From positions 331,466 to 395,465 of the forward strand of contig OZ242263.1 in assembly GCA_965207125.1 (NCBI GenBank): a DNA stretch of 64,000 bases. Reading direction: 5' to 3'. The translations under genes and the position numbers were made by a program. The stretch is from an uncultured Candidatus Puniceispirillum sp. GTDB lineage: Bacteria > Pseudomonadota > Alphaproteobacteria > Puniceispirillales > UBA1172. A model generated the notes under the pieces. It had not been told where the DNA came from. It searched no databases and was given only the letters and a program-made list of their open reading frames with translations. This document shows, one piece after another, positions 29,725-43,385 of the stretch. The number at the start of each line of letters is the position of its first letter. Position 1 is the first letter of the stretch.

Positions 29725-30705
29725 TTAAGCACCTGTGGCCCGTGACTTCTCTTTTCTCAGGCGGGCGAAATCATCATCAGCGTGATAGGATGAGCGTGTG
29801 AGCGGCGTTGCCGAAATCAGTAAGAAACCTTTCGACTTACCAAAGCCAGACAGGCGATCAAATTCCTCCGGCGTCCAGAATCGATCGATCGGATGATGTT
29901 TTGGGGTCGGCTGTAAATACTGCCCAATCGTCATAAAATCAACACCAGCCGAACGCATGTCATCCATAACTTGTGTGATTTCCTCCATAGTCTCACCCAA
30001 ACCCACCATGACTCCCGATTTGGTGAAGATGGAAGAATCCATCTGCTTGACCTGCCACAGCAGATTGAGTGAATGGAAATAACGCGACCCCGGACGCACC
30101 GAAGGATAAAGGCGCGAAATTGTCTCAAGGTTATGATTGAAAACGTCAGGACGCGCCTCGACAACCACTTCAAGTGCACCTTGTTTTTTGAGAAAATCCG
30201 GCGTTAGCACTTCTATCGTCGTCTCTGGTGATAACGCTCTTATCTGGTTGATGGTCTCTGCAAAATGCCCGGCCCCGCCATCCGCTAGATCATCACGATC
30301 AACCGACGTCACCACGATATGAGCAAGTCCAAGTTTGGTAACCGCCTCAGCGACTCTTTCAGGCTCGTGAGGGTCTAGCAAATCAGGCCTGCCGGTCGCC
30401 ACATTGCAGAAAGCGCAGGCCCGGGTACACACAGACCCCAAAATCATCATTGTCGCGTGTTTTTTCTGCCAGCATTCACCGATATTCGGGCACGCGGCTT
30501 CCTCGCATACCGTTACCAAATGATGGTCACGGATAATTTTGCGCGTTTCTTGATATCCCGCCGATTGCGGCGCTTTGACCTTGAGCCAATCAGGCCGTGG
30601 CGGCTGGGGTATAGAAGGTTTTTTATCTTTTTCAGGATGCCTTTCAGCCCCCTTTAACTTCTGCCCTCTGAAGCGGATTTCATCGTTTCGCCCATCTAAT
30701 TTCAT
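29725..30705 (-). CDS. lipA: Lipoyl synthase
   Basis: [13 protein letters not shown] and the radical-SAM [10 protein letters not shown] motifs; 326 aa. Confidence 0.95.
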   Translation of the reverse strand: MKLDGRNDEIRFRGQKLKGAERHPEKDKKPSIPQPPRPDWLKVKAPQSAGYQETRKIIRDHHLVTVCEEAACPNIGECWQKKHATMMILGSVCTRACAFCNVATGRPDLLDPHEPERVAEAVTKLGLAHIVVTSVDRDDLADGGAGHFAETINQIRALSPETTIEVLTPDFLKKQGALEVVVEARPDVFNHNLETISRLYPSVRPGSRYFHSLNLLWQVKQMDSSIFTKSGVMVGLGETMEEITQVMDDMRSAGVDFMTIGQYLQPTPKHHPIDRFWTPEEFDRLSGFGKSKGFLLISATPLTRSSYHADDDFARLRKEKSRATGA

Positions 30706-30725
30706 GAATTTTGATCTTTCTTCAA

Positions 30726-32126
30726 CTAAAAATGAATCGCCCGGCCAAAGGCGTCCAGAACCGATTCATGCATCGCTTCAGATAGTGTTGGATGTGGGAA
30801 GATGGTTTGCATTAATTCGGCTTCAGTCGTCTCCAACGTGCGGGCAATCGCAAAACCCTGAATTAACTCTGTCACCTCAGCTCCAATCATATGTGCACCA
30901 AGCAATGCGCCGGTTTTCTCATCAAAAATCGTCTTGATCATTCCCTCATCATCGCCAAGAGCGATGGCCTTGCCGTTGCCAACAAAAGGAAACCGCCCTA
31001 CTTTCACCTGATACCCCGCCTCAATCGCCGCCTGCTCGGTTAACCCGACACTGGCAATCTGGGGACGACAATAGGTGCAGCCGGGGATATTTTCTACATG
31101 CAAGGTGTGGGTATCGCTTAGGCCTGCGATATGTTCGGCGGCGATAATCCCCTCATGGCTTGCTTTATGGGCTAACCAAGGCGCGCCGGTCATATCGCCA
31201 ATCGCATAAAGCCCTTGGTCGTTCGCGCGGCAATGTTTGTCCGTCACCACATGCCCCCGCTCGATCTCAACCTTTAGGGTTTCTAATCCTAAATCTTCTA
31301 TATTGGCGGCTATACCAGCCGCTAAAATCATCCGTTCGGCGGTGAGCGAAGGCGTCTTGCCGCCGATATCGAGGGTCACCGTCACCCCCTTCTTTGTTTT
31401 TTTAACCCCTGTCACTTTGGCTGAGCAGTGAAAGGTTATGCCGCGCCCCACGAAGATTTTTTCCGCTAAGGCCGAGATTTCAGCGTCCTCAACCGGTAAA
31501 ATCCGCTCTTCCATCTCAACCACCGTCACCTCAACGCCCATATCACGGTAAAATGAGGCAAACTCGATGCCAATTGCGCCCGAACCAACGATAATAAGCG
31601 ATTTAGGCATGGTTTTCGGCGTCATCGCATCACGGTAGGTAACGACCTTCTCACCATCTGGTTCTATACCGGGTAAATGCCGCGCCCTTGCGCCTGTCGC
31701 TAAAATCACTGATGGTGCTTCTATCACCTCACCGCTATCAAGAATAATCTGCCACGCATCATCAATGCGCTTGCCCATTTTGCCGCTCGCTGAGAAAACC
31801 TCGGCCTTGTTCTTTTTCATCAAATGATCGATGCCCGATGATAACCGCGCCGCGACATCGCGTGAACGCCCGATTACTTTATCAAGATCAAAGGAGATCG
31901 CCTCAGCCTTCAGCCCATAGTTTTCAGCTTGGGTGAAACTATGATAAACCTCGGCCGTCCGCAGCAACGCCTTGGTCGGGATGCATCCCCAGTTCAGGCA
32001 GACTCCGCCCATATTCTCGCGCTCGACCACCGCGGCTTTCAGCCCAAGCTGCGACGCCCTGATCGCAGCCACATAACCGCCGGGGCCGCCGCCGATCACC
32101 ACAACATCAAATTTTTTATTCGCCAT
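30726..32126 (-). CDS. lpdA: Dihydrolipoyl dehydrogenase (E3)
   Basis: [17 protein letters not shown] motif and the redox-active [13 protein letters not shown]; 466 aa. Confidence 0.95.
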   Translation of the reverse strand: MANKKFDVVVIGGGPGGYVAAIRASQLGLKAAVVERENMGGVCLNWGCIPTKALLRTAEVYHSFTQAENYGLKAEAISFDLDKVIGRSRDVAARLSSGIDHLMKKNKAEVFSASGKMGKRIDDAWQIILDSGEVIEAPSVILATGARARHLPGIEPDGEKVVTYRDAMTPKTMPKSLIIVGSGAIGIEFASFYRDMGVEVTVVEMEERILPVEDAEISALAEKIFVGRGITFHCSAKVTGVKKTKKGVTVTLDIGGKTPSLTAERMILAAGIAANIEDLGLETLKVEIERGHVVTDKHCRANDQGLYAIGDMTGAPWLAHKASHEGIIAAEHIAGLSDTHTLHVENIPGCTYCRPQIASVGLTEQAAIEAGYQVKVGRFPFVGNGKAIALGDDEGMIKTIFDEKTGALLGAHMIGAEVTELIQGFAIARTLETTEAELMQTIFPHPTLSEAMHESVLDAFGRAIHF

Positions 32127-32134
32127 GAAATCTC

Positions 32135-33457
32135 CTAAATCAAGGCTAGCATTGGATTTTCAACAATCGTTTTGAAGGCTGCCATCCATTCAGCACCAAC
32201 CACGCCATCAACCACCCGATGATCACAGGATAAGGTTGCCGTTAATATCGTCGCAATCGTAATCTCACCATCCTTCACGACTGGCATCTCGCGCCCTGCT
32301 CCAACCGCGAGAATCGCTCCATGGGGCGGATTGATCACCGCGTTAAAAGACGTAATCCCATACATGCCAAGATTAGAGATCGTAAAACTCCCGCCGGAGA
32401 ACTCTGCGGGTTTTAACTTGTTCTGCCTTGCGCGCCCCGCGAGGTCAGCCATTTGCTGCGAGATCGCCAGTAGTGATTTTTTTTCAGCATCCCAGATGAT
32501 CGGCGTTACCAACCCGCCATCGATCGCGACCGCGACCGCGATATCAGCGTGATGCCATTGCCTTGTCTGCTCGCCTTCCCAGCTAGCGTTCGCGGCTGGG
32601 ACTTTCATCAACGCCGCCGCCGCGCATTTGATCATCATGTCATTGACGGTCACCTTGCCGCTATCACCAATATTGGCATTTATTGATTTCCGCGCCGCCA
32701 GCAAGGCATCAAGTTCTATATCGATATCAAGGTAGAAATGCGGAGCCTCTTGCATCGATTGCTGAAGTCTTGAGGCGATTACAGTGCGAAGCGATGAGTT
32801 TTTGATAACTGTTGATCGCTCGCCCGTATCTATCTGGCCTCTCTCTCCTTGCGAGGACGCGCTAGTTTGAGACGGAGAGGCGTTTTCTATATCTGCTGCA
32901 ATAATTCTTCCATGCGGGCCTGACCCAGCCATAGAGGCGAGATCAACACCTTTCTTAATGGCAAGACGCCGGGCAAGAGGGCTTGCAAAAATCCGCTCGG
33001 TTTTCTCATCAGACACAGGACGTGTTTTGAGGGCGGCTTCGCTTTTCGGGGGAGGCGTTTCTGTGGGCGGGGATTCTTTTTCCTCTGCCCCTGCCTCAGG
33101 AGAAGTCCCTGCTTCTTTTGCCTTAGGAGGGGCACTCGCTTCTTTTTCTTCTGGAGCGGGCTGTGTTTGAGGCGCTTCTTGAGGCGGCGAAGAGTTGTCT
33201 GCGATCGTGCTCTTCTCATTCTCACCGAGAATCTCGGCGATTGCTGTTCCGACCTTGACCCCTTCAGTGCCCTCAAGCACTGCTATTTTGGCTATTACAC
33301 CATCATCGAGAGCTTCCACTTCCATCAGCGCCTTATCAGTTTCTATCTCAACGATCACATCGCCTGATGACACCTGATCACCTTCGCTCACCAGCCATTT
33401 CGCCAATTTACCCTCAGTCATCGTTGGCGATAACGCCGGCATTAAAACAATAGCCAT
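32135..33457 (-). CDS. pdhC: Pyruvate dehydrogenase E2, dihydrolipoamide acetyltransferase
   Basis: Lipoyl domain ([13 protein letters not shown]), an Ala/Pro/Glu linker, an E3-binding segment (ASPLARRLA) and a catalytic SCDHRVVDG motif. I place the start at ATG 33457 ([10 protein letters not shown]), 4 nt after the pdhB stop with GGAGAGGGGA upstream, rather than at the track start of 33517. Confidence 0.9.
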   Translation of the reverse strand: MAIVLMPALSPTMTEGKLAKWLVSEGDQVSSGDVIVEIETDKALMEVEALDDGVIAKIAVLEGTEGVKVGTAIAEILGENEKSTIADNSSPPQEAPQTQPAPEEKEASAPPKAKEAGTSPEAGAEEKESPPTETPPPKSEAALKTRPVSDEKTERIFASPLARRLAIKKGVDLASMAGSGPHGRIIAADIENASPSQTSASSQGERGQIDTGERSTVIKNSSLRTVIASRLQQSMQEAPHFYLDIDIELDALLAARKSINANIGDSGKVTVNDMMIKCAAAALMKVPAANASWEGEQTRQWHHADIAVAVAIDGGLVTPIIWDAEKKSLLAISQQMADLAGRARQNKLKPAEFSGGSFTISNLGMYGITSFNAVINPPHGAILAVGAGREMPVVKDGEITIATILTATLSCDHRVVDGVVGAEWMAAFKTIVENPMLALI

Positions 33458-33461
33458 CAGT

Positions 33462-34886
33462 CTATCCCCTCTCCTCACGATACGTGACCTGCCGCACTGC
33501 TTTGACGATATCATCAACCTGCGGCAATGCTAGGGCCTCTAGATTGGCGGCATAAGGCATCGGCGTGTCCACCCCGGTAACCCGCAACACTGGCGCATCG
33601 AGCCAATCAAAAGCCTGTTCCATGATCACCGCACAGATCTCAGCCCCGATGCCTGCAAACGGAAAACCTTCCTCACAAGATACAATCCTGTTCGTTTTCT
33701 TGACCGAAGTGATGACCGTTTCACTGTCGAACGGGCGTAGTGAGCGCAAATCAATCACCTCGGCATTAATCCCTTCCGCCGCTAAAATATCAGCCGCTTC
33801 CAATGCTTTACCGACCATAATTGAGAAAGCGGTTATAGAGACGTCACTGCCCTCACGCACCACCTGGGCCTTGCCAATCGGAACAAGATGATCGTCATCC
33901 TGTGACACTTCTGAAACAGTGCCATACAAAACCTCATTCTCCAGAAAAATCACCGGATTCGGATCACGAATAGCCGATTTTAATAACCCTTTAGCATCAG
34001 CCGCCGAGGACGGCGCGACGACCTTTAGCCCTGGACAATGCGCATACCAACTCGCATAGCATTGCGAATGTTGCGCGCCGACTCTAGAGGCGGCCCCATT
34101 GGGGCCTCTGAAAACAATCGGGCATCCCATCTGCCCGCCTGACATATACAATGTCTTAGCGGCCGAATTAATGATCTGGTCAATCGCCTGCATCGCAAAG
34201 TTAAATGTCATAAACTCAATGATCGGACGCAGACCACCAAAAGCCGCCCCGACCCCCATTCCCGCAAAACCCATCTCTGTGATCGGCGTGTCAACCACCC
34301 GTTTTGCGCCAAATTCTTCTAAAAGACCTTGCGAAATCTTATAGGCCCCCTGATATTCACCAACTTCCTCACCCATCAGAAAAACCGTATCATCACGGCG
34401 CATTTCTTCAGCCATCGCGTCGCGCAATGCTTCACGGACTGATATTTCTTGAGATGCGCCGCTTGATGAAGTCGCCCCAGATATTTTTGTGGAGGTCTTT
34501 GTGGGGGGCGTCTCGGGTGAGGATGCCGGTTTTTCGGCGGTAACCTCAATCTGGGGTGCTTTTGCAGATGTTTTTCCCTCTGCTTCTTTTTCTTCTTTTT
34601 TCTGGGGTTCAGGAGAAGGCGCGGTTTTGCTCGTCGCCGCACCATCGCCAAGATCAAGGGTGGCGATTACTGTGCCAACAGCAACGCCTTCAGCGCCGGC
34701 CTTAACTGCAATATTGCTGACCGTCCCATCATCGGTTGCTTCTACTTCCATCAAAGCCTTGTCGGTTTCAATCTCAGCGATCACATCACCTGATGACACT
34801 TGATCGCCCTCGGCCACCAGCCATTTCGCCAGTTTGCCTTCAGTCATTGTCGGCGATAAAGCGGGCATTGTGATCTGGGCGCTCAT
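33462..34886 (-). CDS. pdhB: Pyruvate dehydrogenase E1 beta subunit with an N-terminal lipoyl domain
   Basis: An N-terminal lipoyl domain and a KKEE-rich linker are followed by the transketolase-like E1 beta core ([16 protein letters not shown]...). The start overlaps the pdhA stop. Confidence 0.95.
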   Translation of the reverse strand: MSAQITMPALSPTMTEGKLAKWLVAEGDQVSSGDVIAEIETDKALMEVEATDDGTVSNIAVKAGAEGVAVGTVIATLDLGDGAATSKTAPSPEPQKKEEKEAEGKTSAKAPQIEVTAEKPASSPETPPTKTSTKISGATSSSGASQEISVREALRDAMAEEMRRDDTVFLMGEEVGEYQGAYKISQGLLEEFGAKRVVDTPITEMGFAGMGVGAAFGGLRPIIEFMTFNFAMQAIDQIINSAAKTLYMSGGQMGCPIVFRGPNGAASRVGAQHSQCYASWYAHCPGLKVVAPSSAADAKGLLKSAIRDPNPVIFLENEVLYGTVSEVSQDDDHLVPIGKAQVVREGSDVSITAFSIMVGKALEAADILAAEGINAEVIDLRSLRPFDSETVITSVKKTNRIVSCEEGFPFAGIGAEICAVIMEQAFDWLDAPVLRVTGVDTPMPYAANLEALALPQVDDIVKAVRQVTYREERG

Positions 34887-35977
34887 GCCACTGCTCCTTC
34901 GATGAGAATATCCGTCATTAATTCAGATGGGTCGGGCTCAGGGCTAGATAATGCGAAATCAGCCGCCGCCGCGACCATATTCTTTATTTTCACGTCAATC
35001 GCTTTCAGGGCTTCATCATCTATTTTTTTACCCGCTAGCACCTCACGCACCGCATCTATCGGATCATGTTGCTTGCGCATCGCATCAACTTCTTCCCGCG
35101 TGCGATATTTAGCAGGGTCAGACATCGAATGACCCCGATAACGATAAGTCTGCATCTCAAGAATAAAAGGCCCCTTACCGCCACGGCAATACGCTAAGGC
35201 TTCGGCCGCAGCCTCGCGAACCGTCAACACGTTCATCCCGTCAACCTGCAAACCCGGAATCCCATAGGCTTTACCTCGGTCCGCTAATGCTCGGCCTGCC
35301 GCTGCGCGCGCAACCGAAGTTCCCATCCCATACTGGTTATTCTCGATCACAAAAACCACTGGCAATTTCCACAGCGCGGTCATGTTAAATGTCTCATAGA
35401 CTTGCCCTTGATTAACCGCGCCATCGCCTAAATACGTCATCGAAACCGCGTCCGAGCCGTGGTATTTATGCGCAAAAGCAAGCCCCGCACCGATCGGTAC
35501 TTGACCGCCGACGATGCCATGGCCGCCAAAGAAATTCTTCTCGCGGCTGAACATATGCATCGAGCCGCCCTTCCCTCGTGAATACCCGCCAGCCCGTCCG
35601 GTTAACTCAGCCATCACGCCTTTGGCCTCCATACCACATGCCAGCATATGCCCATGGTCACGATAAGAGGTGATCACCGTGTCTTGCGGCTGTGAAACCG
35701 ATTGCATTCCAACGACTACGGCTTCTTGGCCAATATAAAGATGACAAAATCCGCCAATAACGCCCATGCCATAAAGCTGACCAGCTTTTTCTTCAAAGCG
35801 CCTGATCAGAAGCATCTGCTCGTAAAGACCGAGGATTATGTCTGGGTTAAGTTCGCTCGCTGCCGCTTTTTTCGGCGGCCTGCCCGGAGCACGTTTAATT
35901 CGTTTGGCGCTAGACGCCGTAGAGGCGCTACTTTTTTTACGCGATGCAGATTTTGTTTTACGTGAACTAGTGGCCAT
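34883..35977 (-). CDS. pdhA: Pyruvate dehydrogenase E1 alpha subunit
   Basis: [33 protein letters not shown] and the TPP-binding region [12 protein letters not shown]. It has a basic Ser/Lys/Ala-rich N-terminal tail. Confidence 0.95.
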   Translation of the reverse strand: MATSSRKTKSASRKKSSASTASSAKRIKRAPGRPPKKAAASELNPDIILGLYEQMLLIRRFEEKAGQLYGMGVIGGFCHLYIGQEAVVVGMQSVSQPQDTVITSYRDHGHMLACGMEAKGVMAELTGRAGGYSRGKGGSMHMFSREKNFFGGHGIVGGQVPIGAGLAFAHKYHGSDAVSMTYLGDGAVNQGQVYETFNMTALWKLPVVFVIENNQYGMGTSVARAAAGRALADRGKAYGIPGLQVDGMNVLTVREAAAEALAYCRGGKGPFILEMQTYRYRGHSMSDPAKYRTREEVDAMRKQHDPIDAVREVLAGKKIDDEALKAIDVKIKNMVAAAADFALSSPEPDPSELMTDILIEGAVA

Positions 35978-36086
35978 AAAATTATCCTAATAAAATTTAC
36001 GGTTCTATTTTTTCACATTTTCAATAATTTTCAAGATTTTTATCTAATTGTATTTATTTATTTATTTTATTGTTAACTAATTTAAG
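35978..36086 (-). promoter_or_regulatory. Strongly AT-rich spacer upstream of pdhA (probable promoter region of the pdh operon)
   Basis: The 109 bp between the ftsB stop and the pdhA start are almost entirely A/T with phased T/A tracts (tttatttatttattttattg). I did not pick out a unique -35/-10 pair. Confidence 0.4.
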
Positions 36087-36401
36087 TTAATTTACAATAT
36101 CATCAAGAATTACTATTTCGTTATCGGCATATAAACCGCTTTTACGCCGCCCAAGCTCACCAAGCATATCGCGGTCAATTCCATCATCTGACAATAAGCT
36201 CACCTTGTTCTTAAGGTAGTCATTCACCTCAGTCAGCTTGGATAACTCGTTTTCAGCAGCTATAATTTTAGAAGCCGCTAGTTTTCGCGCAAGATAGCCT
36301 TGATCGCTGCCCAATCCATAAAAAAGAGAGACAATAATGAACACTAGACAAAACACCGCGATGCTCCATCCTTGCCCTAATCTCAATAGCCGCCTTATCA
36401 T
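36087..36401 (-). CDS. ftsB: Septum formation initiator FtsB/DivIC family protein
   Basis: A 104-aa protein with one N-terminal TM helix followed by a coiled-coil (ENELSKLTEVNDYLKNKVSLL). It sits in the conserved eno-ftsB-pdhA position. Confidence 0.8.
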   Translation of the reverse strand: MIRRLLRLGQGWSIAVFCLVFIIVSLFYGLGSDQGYLARKLAASKIIAAENELSKLTEVNDYLKNKVSLLSDDGIDRDMLGELGRRKSGLYADNEIVILDDIVN

Positions 36402-36475
36402 TATTAGATGTCCTCACTAGTTTTCGATATCCATTGAATCAGAAAGGTGGATAATCGTCAACTATCAACAGTGCT

Positions 36476-37759
36476 CTAACGTCCTCCATCCAGAAAAGCA
36501 CGGCCATAATAAACCGCCCTCTTCTTAAGACTTTCCTCAATCCGTAGCAGTTGGTTGTATTTCGCCACCCGATCAGAACGCGAAAGAGACCCTGTTTTGA
36601 TTTGCCCAGCATTGGTCGCAACTGCCAAATCAGCGATAAAATGATCTTCGGTCTCGCCAGATCTGTGCGAGATGACCGTTCCCATCCCTGCGTCTTGCGC
36701 CATTTTAATCGTCTCCAATGTCTCGCTAACCGTGCCGACTTGGTTAACTTTAACCAAAATCGCGCCCGCGGCCTTCGTTTTAATCCCAACCGCCAGCCTT
36801 TCAGAATTGGTGACGAATAAATCATCGCCGACAATCTGGATTCTATCCCCTATTTGCTTTGTCATTTGGCTATAACCGTCCCAATCATCTTCAGATAAAG
36901 GGTCTTCCACGGAACAAATCGGATAGCGACTGGTTAAGTCTTGCCAATACGTGATCATCTCGTTCGATGAGAACACCTTGCCCTCTCCCTTCAGATGGTA
37001 TTGCCCATCTTCGAAAAACTCAGTGGCCGCCGCGTCGATAGCGATCATCACATCATCACCCGCTTTATATCCCGCGGTCTCGATGGCTTGTAAAATATAA
37101 TCAAGGGCGATGCTTGTATCATTGATCGCCGGCGCAAAGCCACCCTCATCCCCCACCGCCGTGGATAACCCCGCCTTGGTGAGCAGTGACTTTAGCGTGT
37201 GGAAAATCTCAACCCCAATACGCACCGCCGAAGCCATCGAGGATGCGCTCATTGGCATGATCATAAATTCCTGAACATCGAGGGCGTTATCAGCATGCGC
37301 GCCGCCGTTCAGGATATTCATCATCGGGGTGGGCATGACATGGGCCTCATCACCGCCAATATAACGCCAAAGCGGAACGCCAGCGGAGTTTGCCGCCGCC
37401 CGCGCCACCGCCATGCTTACGCCTAGAATTGAATTCGCACCAAGCCTTGATTTATCCTTAGTTCCATCAAGATCGATCATCACCTGGTCAACAGATTTCT
37501 GCTCAGAAGCCTCCAATCCGGCCAACGCATCCGCAATCTCGCCATTGACGAATTCAACTGCCCGGTAAACCGATTTGCCGTGAAAGATAGATTTATCCCC
37601 ATCCCGCAATTCCACCGCCTCATAAGTGCCGGTCGATGCGCCAGACGGCACGGAAGACCTGCCGTCCCTGCCATTTTCTAGACCCACATCAACCTCGATA
37701 GTCGGATTACCTCTGCTATCAAGAATCTGCCTTGCAAAAACAGTTTTAATCACAGACAT
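36476..37759 (-). CDS. eno: Enolase
   Basis: [26 protein letters not shown] and [11 protein letters not shown] motifs; 427 aa. Confidence 0.97.
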   Translation of the reverse strand: MSVIKTVFARQILDSRGNPTIEVDVGLENGRDGRSSVPSGASTGTYEAVELRDGDKSIFHGKSVYRAVEFVNGEIADALAGLEASEQKSVDQVMIDLDGTKDKSRLGANSILGVSMAVARAAANSAGVPLWRYIGGDEAHVMPTPMMNILNGGAHADNALDVQEFMIMPMSASSMASAVRIGVEIFHTLKSLLTKAGLSTAVGDEGGFAPAINDTSIALDYILQAIETAGYKAGDDVMIAIDAAATEFFEDGQYHLKGEGKVFSSNEMITYWQDLTSRYPICSVEDPLSEDDWDGYSQMTKQIGDRIQIVGDDLFVTNSERLAVGIKTKAAGAILVKVNQVGTVSETLETIKMAQDAGMGTVISHRSGETEDHFIADLAVATNAGQIKTGSLSRSDRVAKYNQLLRIEESLKKRAVYYGRAFLDGGR

Positions 37760-37761
37760 CG

Positions 37762-38598
37762 TCAGGATTCTCCCTTCTTGGCAATCCGGTCAAACGCGAC
37801 AAGTTTTTCCAGCAGCATCGGCATATCATCGAGCGCAACCATATTTGCACCATCCGATGGCGCTTGATCCGGGGTTTGATGCGTTTCCATAAAAACCCCC
37901 GCGACTCCCACCGCCACCGCAGCCTTCGCCATGGGCGCGACAAACTCACGATTACCGCCTGAAGTCCCACCACGTCCGCCAGGGTGCTGGACTGAATGGG
38001 TCGCATCATAAACCACCGGATACCCTGTCGCGGCCAGCTGCGGCAAGCTTCGCATATCTGAAACCAACGTATTATAACCAAAAGACGTGCCGCGTTCGGT
38101 TACAATAATGTTATCGTTGCCTGCTCCAGCGATTTTCTCCACCACATAGCGCATATCCCACGGTGCAAGAAACTGCCCTTTTTTAACATTAACCACACAC
38201 CCGGTTTTCGCCGCCGCCACCAGTAAATCGGTTTGACGGCAAAGAAAAGCGGGGATTTGCAGAATATCAACAATATCAGCCACGGCCGTGCATTGCTCCG
38301 GCAGGTGAACATCGGTCAGCACAGGACAGCCAATATAATCAGACACGGCGGATAGCGTCTCAAGACCTTCATCGATGCCAACCCCTCGAGGAGATGACAG
38401 TGATGTTCTGTTGGCTTTGTCAAAAGAGGATTTGTAAATAAAGCCCATCCCTAACTTCGCCGTCATGTCAAGCAACGCACCTGCGGTATCGACGGCGTGG
38501 GTTCTGCTTTCGATCGAGCAAGGCCCTGCGATCAAAACCAGCGGCAGATCATTGCCGATTTTAACCTTGCCTAGTGTGATGATGCGTTGATCGGTCAT
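37762..38598 (-). CDS. kdsA: 3-deoxy-8-phosphooctulonate synthase
   Basis: [22 protein letters not shown] and DATHSVQ.PGG motifs; 278 aa. Confidence 0.95.
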   Translation of the reverse strand: MTDQRIITLGKVKIGNDLPLVLIAGPCSIESRTHAVDTAGALLDMTAKLGMGFIYKSSFDKANRTSLSSPRGVGIDEGLETLSAVSDYIGCPVLTDVHLPEQCTAVADIVDILQIPAFLCRQTDLLVAAAKTGCVVNVKKGQFLAPWDMRYVVEKIAGAGNDNIIVTERGTSFGYNTLVSDMRSLPQLAATGYPVVYDATHSVQHPGGRGGTSGGNREFVAPMAKAAVAVGVAGVFMETHQTPDQAPSDGANMVALDDMPMLLEKLVAFDRIAKKGES

Positions 38599-38601
38599 AT
38601 T

Positions 38602-40239
<1,638 letters not shown>

Positions 40240-40287
40240 CTATACCAAAAGAACACACTGTTGGCGACTACCTTTTTGCCCATAAGA

Positions 40288-40614
40288 TTACTGATCGACA
40301 GGAGGAGCGGGAATTTGGGGAATCTGGGGCACGGACTGGGTTTCCTCAATCACCTCGTCTATCACCGAAGATGTAGGGGCGCGGCCGCCGCCAAGAATCG
40401 CCAGAACAATCGAGGTTAAGAAGAAGGCCGCCGCCAGAAATGTCGTTATACGGGTAAGCATATTAGCCGTCCCGCGCGCGGTCATAAAGCCCCCGCCGCC
40501 TTGGCCGCCACCGCCGCCAATCCCAAGCGCACCGCCTTCGCTACGCTGGATCAGAATGATGCACACCAGCGCAATCGCGATAATAATATGAACAGTTAAG
40601 ATAACAATACCCAT
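40288..40614 (-). CDS. secG: Preprotein translocase subunit SecG
   Basis: A 108-aa protein with two TM helices, LIQRSEGGALG and a Gly-rich loop, in the conserved tpiA-secG-pyrG context. Confidence 0.9.
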   Translation of the reverse strand: MGIVILTVHIIIAIALVCIILIQRSEGGALGIGGGGGQGGGGFMTARGTANMLTRITTFLAAAFFLTSIVLAILGGGRAPTSSVIDEVIEETQSVPQIPQIPAPPVDQ

Positions 40615-40689
40615 TAGATTGCCCTCATCTCTTAAATTGAAACTTTTTATAGCGAAATGCTTACAAAATCGCCAGAAAAAAGTCAGCTG

Positions 40690-41448
40690 CTATGACATAG
40701 CGGCCTGGATAATCCTTATAAATTCATCAGCCTTAAGGCTGGCCCCCCCAACCAACACGCCATTGACGTCAGATAGCGCCAAGATTTCCGCCGCGTTTTC
40801 GGCTTTAACCGAACCACCATAAAGCACGGGACAAGACCCCATCGCCGCGCCAAACCCTTTGAGTGCATTTTTGATATGATGGTGAATCTCCTCGATATCA
40901 GCAAGCGATGCGACCTTACCCGTGCCGATCGCCCAGACCGGCTCATACGCCACCGCGACTAACGCCGGGTCAGCGTCCGGCGGAATAGATGATATAACCA
41001 TATCCGTCACCGTGTTGATGGCTTTACCGGCCTCGCGTTGCTGCTCGGTCTCACCGACACAGATAATCGTCTTTAGCCCCGCCTTTAGCGCGGCGGTGGT
41101 TTTGGCGGTAACCTGCTGGTTTGTCTCGCCATGATGCGTGCGCCTTTCCGAATGACCGACTAAAACCCACTCACACCCCGCCTCAACCAGCATCGAAGCC
41201 GATATATCTCCTGTGAACGCCCCGTGTGAGGCGTGATGACAGTCTTGCCCGCCAAGTTTGAGCAAGCCCCCGCCAAGAGATCGCCTAATATGATCGAGCA
41301 TAGTAAAGGGCGGAAAAACCACGCTGACAACCGCGTTTGGCGTTTTAACTCCCTTGAGCCCCTCTATCAGGTGAGACGCCTCATCCCATCCGGGATTCAT
41401 CTTCCAATTGCCTGCGATGATCATGATGTTTTTCTTTCCTTGCCTCAC
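40690..41448 (-). CDS. tpiA: Triosephosphate isomerase
   Basis: AGNWKMN, VGHSERR and AYEPVWAIGTG motifs. The track start is GTG 41448. ATG 41424 (MIIAGNWKMN), with AGGAAAG upstream, is an alternative start. Confidence 0.93.
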   Translation of the reverse strand: MRQGKKNIMIIAGNWKMNPGWDEASHLIEGLKGVKTPNAVVSVVFPPFTMLDHIRRSLGGGLLKLGGQDCHHASHGAFTGDISASMLVEAGCEWVLVGHSERRTHHGETNQQVTAKTTAALKAGLKTIICVGETEQQREAGKAINTVTDMVISSIPPDADPALVAVAYEPVWAIGTGKVASLADIEEIHHHIKNALKGFGAAMGSCPVLYGGSVKAENAAEILALSDVNGVLVGGASLKADEFIRIIQAAMS

Positions 41449-41507
41449 TTACCCTATATCATCTATCTTGAACGACAGACACACGTCAAACAAAAGATAG
41501 AGCACCC

Positions 41508-43385
41508 ATGTTACAAACTCTTCGAAATAGCACCAAATCATCCTCTATGCGGGCCTTCCTTCTCGTATTGGTTGCCGGATTCGCCATGTGGGGAATTGGT
41601 GATGTTTTCCGATCTAATCTCTCCGAAGATATCGCCATCGAGACCGGAGACGTCACGATAGAAGCGGGCGAAGCCGCCGCAGTCTTTGACCGCACCAGAC
41701 GCAGTTATCTGCCCGGGAGCAACAATAACGAAGCCCTCGCCGCTGGATTGCTTGTTCAGGTTCTAAGCGACTTATCGCAGCGCGCCTTATTCACCGCCGA
41801 GGCGTCCCGCCTTAATCTGCTCATCACTGACGAGATGGTCAAAGATGCGATAGCCAGAAATCCTCTCTTTCTCGATGACACCGGAAGTTTTAATCCTCTT
41901 CTCTTGCGCGATGTGCTCATCCGCGAGGGAATCAGCGAACAAGAACTCATTCAATACATCGTCCATGTTGAAAATCGTGATCAGATCACCTCAGCCATTG
42001 CGAAGGGATTGAGCTATCCTCAAAGTTCTGCTGCGATGATCGCCGCCTGGCAAGCCGAGCAACGCCAAATCAGCTATGTTGAACTGCCCATCACCCCGGG
42101 TAGCGTGCCCGAGCCGTCCCAAGCCGCGTTAAGCGCATGGTATGCTGAAAAAAAGAGCGAATTTGCAAGCCCAGCTTTACGATCAATAACCGCCGCTATT
42201 CTCGCACCTGAAACCTATATAGATCACGTTACGGTCACCGAAGAAGAAGTGCTTGAGATGTATGAGGCCCGGCGGGCGTCCTACTCGTTCCCCGAGCGCA
42301 GGACCATCAGGCAAATGGTTTTCACGAACCAAGCGGACGCTGAACGCGCCAAAGCAAGTCTAGACGCGGGGGAGAATTTTAATGCTGTCGCCGACAGTTT
42401 GCTTAACCTTTCAGGCGATGCGCTGATTCTTGAGGAGATTACCGAGAATCAATTACCTAATGACGCCTTGCGCAAAGCTGTTTTCTCAGCCGAGATTGGC
42501 AAAGTAAGCGGCCCAGTTCAAAGTAATTTCGGGCAGCATTTCTTCATTGTCGATAAAATAGATGAGGCCGTAAGCGCAAGCCTTGATGATGTGCGCGAGT
42601 TTTTGATCGAAAATCTCAGAAATGAACACGCGATCGATAGGGTTTATGATCAAGTGGCGGTGTTTGAGGACGCGCGGGATAGCGGCGCGACATTGACCGA
42701 AGCCGCTGAACAGGCCGGCGCGCAGATCATCACCATAGATGGCATGAGCATCAATGGGTATGATGAGAATGATGAGATCATCGAAGGCATTGCTACAAGC
42801 ACTGAATTCCGTGAGATGGCTTGGCAACAGGCGGTCGGCGATGTAAGCCTTTTGACCGAAGACGAAGCTGATAGTTATTTTGCTTTGCGTGTGGGTGGCG
42901 AACGCCAAGCAAGAGAACGCCCACTTGATGAGGTCTACCCCCGTGCACTCGCCGCCTATAAGCTTGAAAAAGCGATTATCTCAACCCGCGAGCGCGCCAA
43001 AACGCTGATTAGCGATGGAGATTTTGAGACAGCAGCAAGCAAAGCCGGGTTAGATATCATCACTAGCCCAGCCTTCCGCCAAACCGGAAACGGGCTTGAT
43101 CACCAAGCATCCAGTCTGATCGCGCGCTCGGCGTTTTCCCTCAACACTGGCGAAAGCGATCTGGTTGAAACCGGCGCTGAGGGAATGATTGCTTTGCGCC
43201 TGGAGGCCATCCTTGAAGGCGATGAGGAAACCAAGCGCCTCCGGGGCGAGCAGATCAAGCGCGAGTTTAGCCAAAACCTGCAAAGTGATACTGACCAGAT
43301 CATCGGTGAGGGATTGATGACTATTCATGAACTCCATATTCGCCCCGCCACCGTGGAACGGCTGCTCATAGGAACACAAAACTAA
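41508..43385 (+). CDS. PpiD-like periplasmic chaperone / peptidyl-prolyl isomerase (SurA N-terminal domain family)
   Basis: A 625-aa protein with an N-terminal membrane anchor (RAFLLVLVAGFAMWGIGDVF) and a central parvulin-like segment (RTIRQMVF...GKVSGPVQSNFGQHFFIV). It lies immediately upstream of trpE, as in many alphaproteobacteria. Confidence 0.75.
   Translation: MLQTLRNSTKSSSMRAFLLVLVAGFAMWGIGDVFRSNLSEDIAIETGDVTIEAGEAAAVFDRTRRSYLPGSNNNEALAAGLLVQVLSDLSQRALFTAEASRLNLLITDEMVKDAIARNPLFLDDTGSFNPLLLRDVLIREGISEQELIQYIVHVENRDQITSAIAKGLSYPQSSAAMIAAWQAEQRQISYVELPITPGSVPEPSQAALSAWYAEKKSEFASPALRSITAAILAPETYIDHVTVTEEEVLEMYEARRASYSFPERRTIRQMVFTNQADAERAKASLDAGENFNAVADSLLNLSGDALILEEITENQLPNDALRKAVFSAEIGKVSGPVQSNFGQHFFIVDKIDEAVSASLDDVREFLIENLRNEHAIDRVYDQVAVFEDARDSGATLTEAAEQAGAQIITIDGMSINGYDENDEIIEGIATSTEFREMAWQQAVGDVSLLTEDEADSYFALRVGGERQARERPLDEVYPRALAAYKLEKAIISTRERAKTLISDGDFETAASKAGLDIITSPAFRQTGNGLDHQASSLIARSAFSLNTGESDLVETGAEGMIALRLEAILEGDEETKRLRGEQIKREFSQNLQSDTDQIIGEGLMTIHELHIRPATVERLLIGTQN

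Noticed and set aside
33458-33517. A longer pdhC start at 33517 ([20 protein letters not shown]...)
   Set aside because: The extension overlaps the 3' end of pdhB and has no similarity to E2 N-termini. ATG 33457 gives the canonical lipoyl-domain start and has a strong ribosome-binding site.
34883-35977. The basic N-terminal tail of PdhA with an AT-hook-like PGRPPKK
   Set aside because: From memory, rhizobial PdhA proteins also carry short basic Ser/Lys/Ala-rich N-termini, so this is probably ordinary. The GRP match is too short to interpret.
32887-37674. ORFs overlapping the pdh and eno genes in other frames (32887..33276, 34376..34657, 36439..36834, 37480..37674 and others)
   Set aside because: They lie inside well-supported conserved genes. 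Their Lys/Arg/Pro-rich products come from reading the Ala/Pro/Glu linker regions out of frame.
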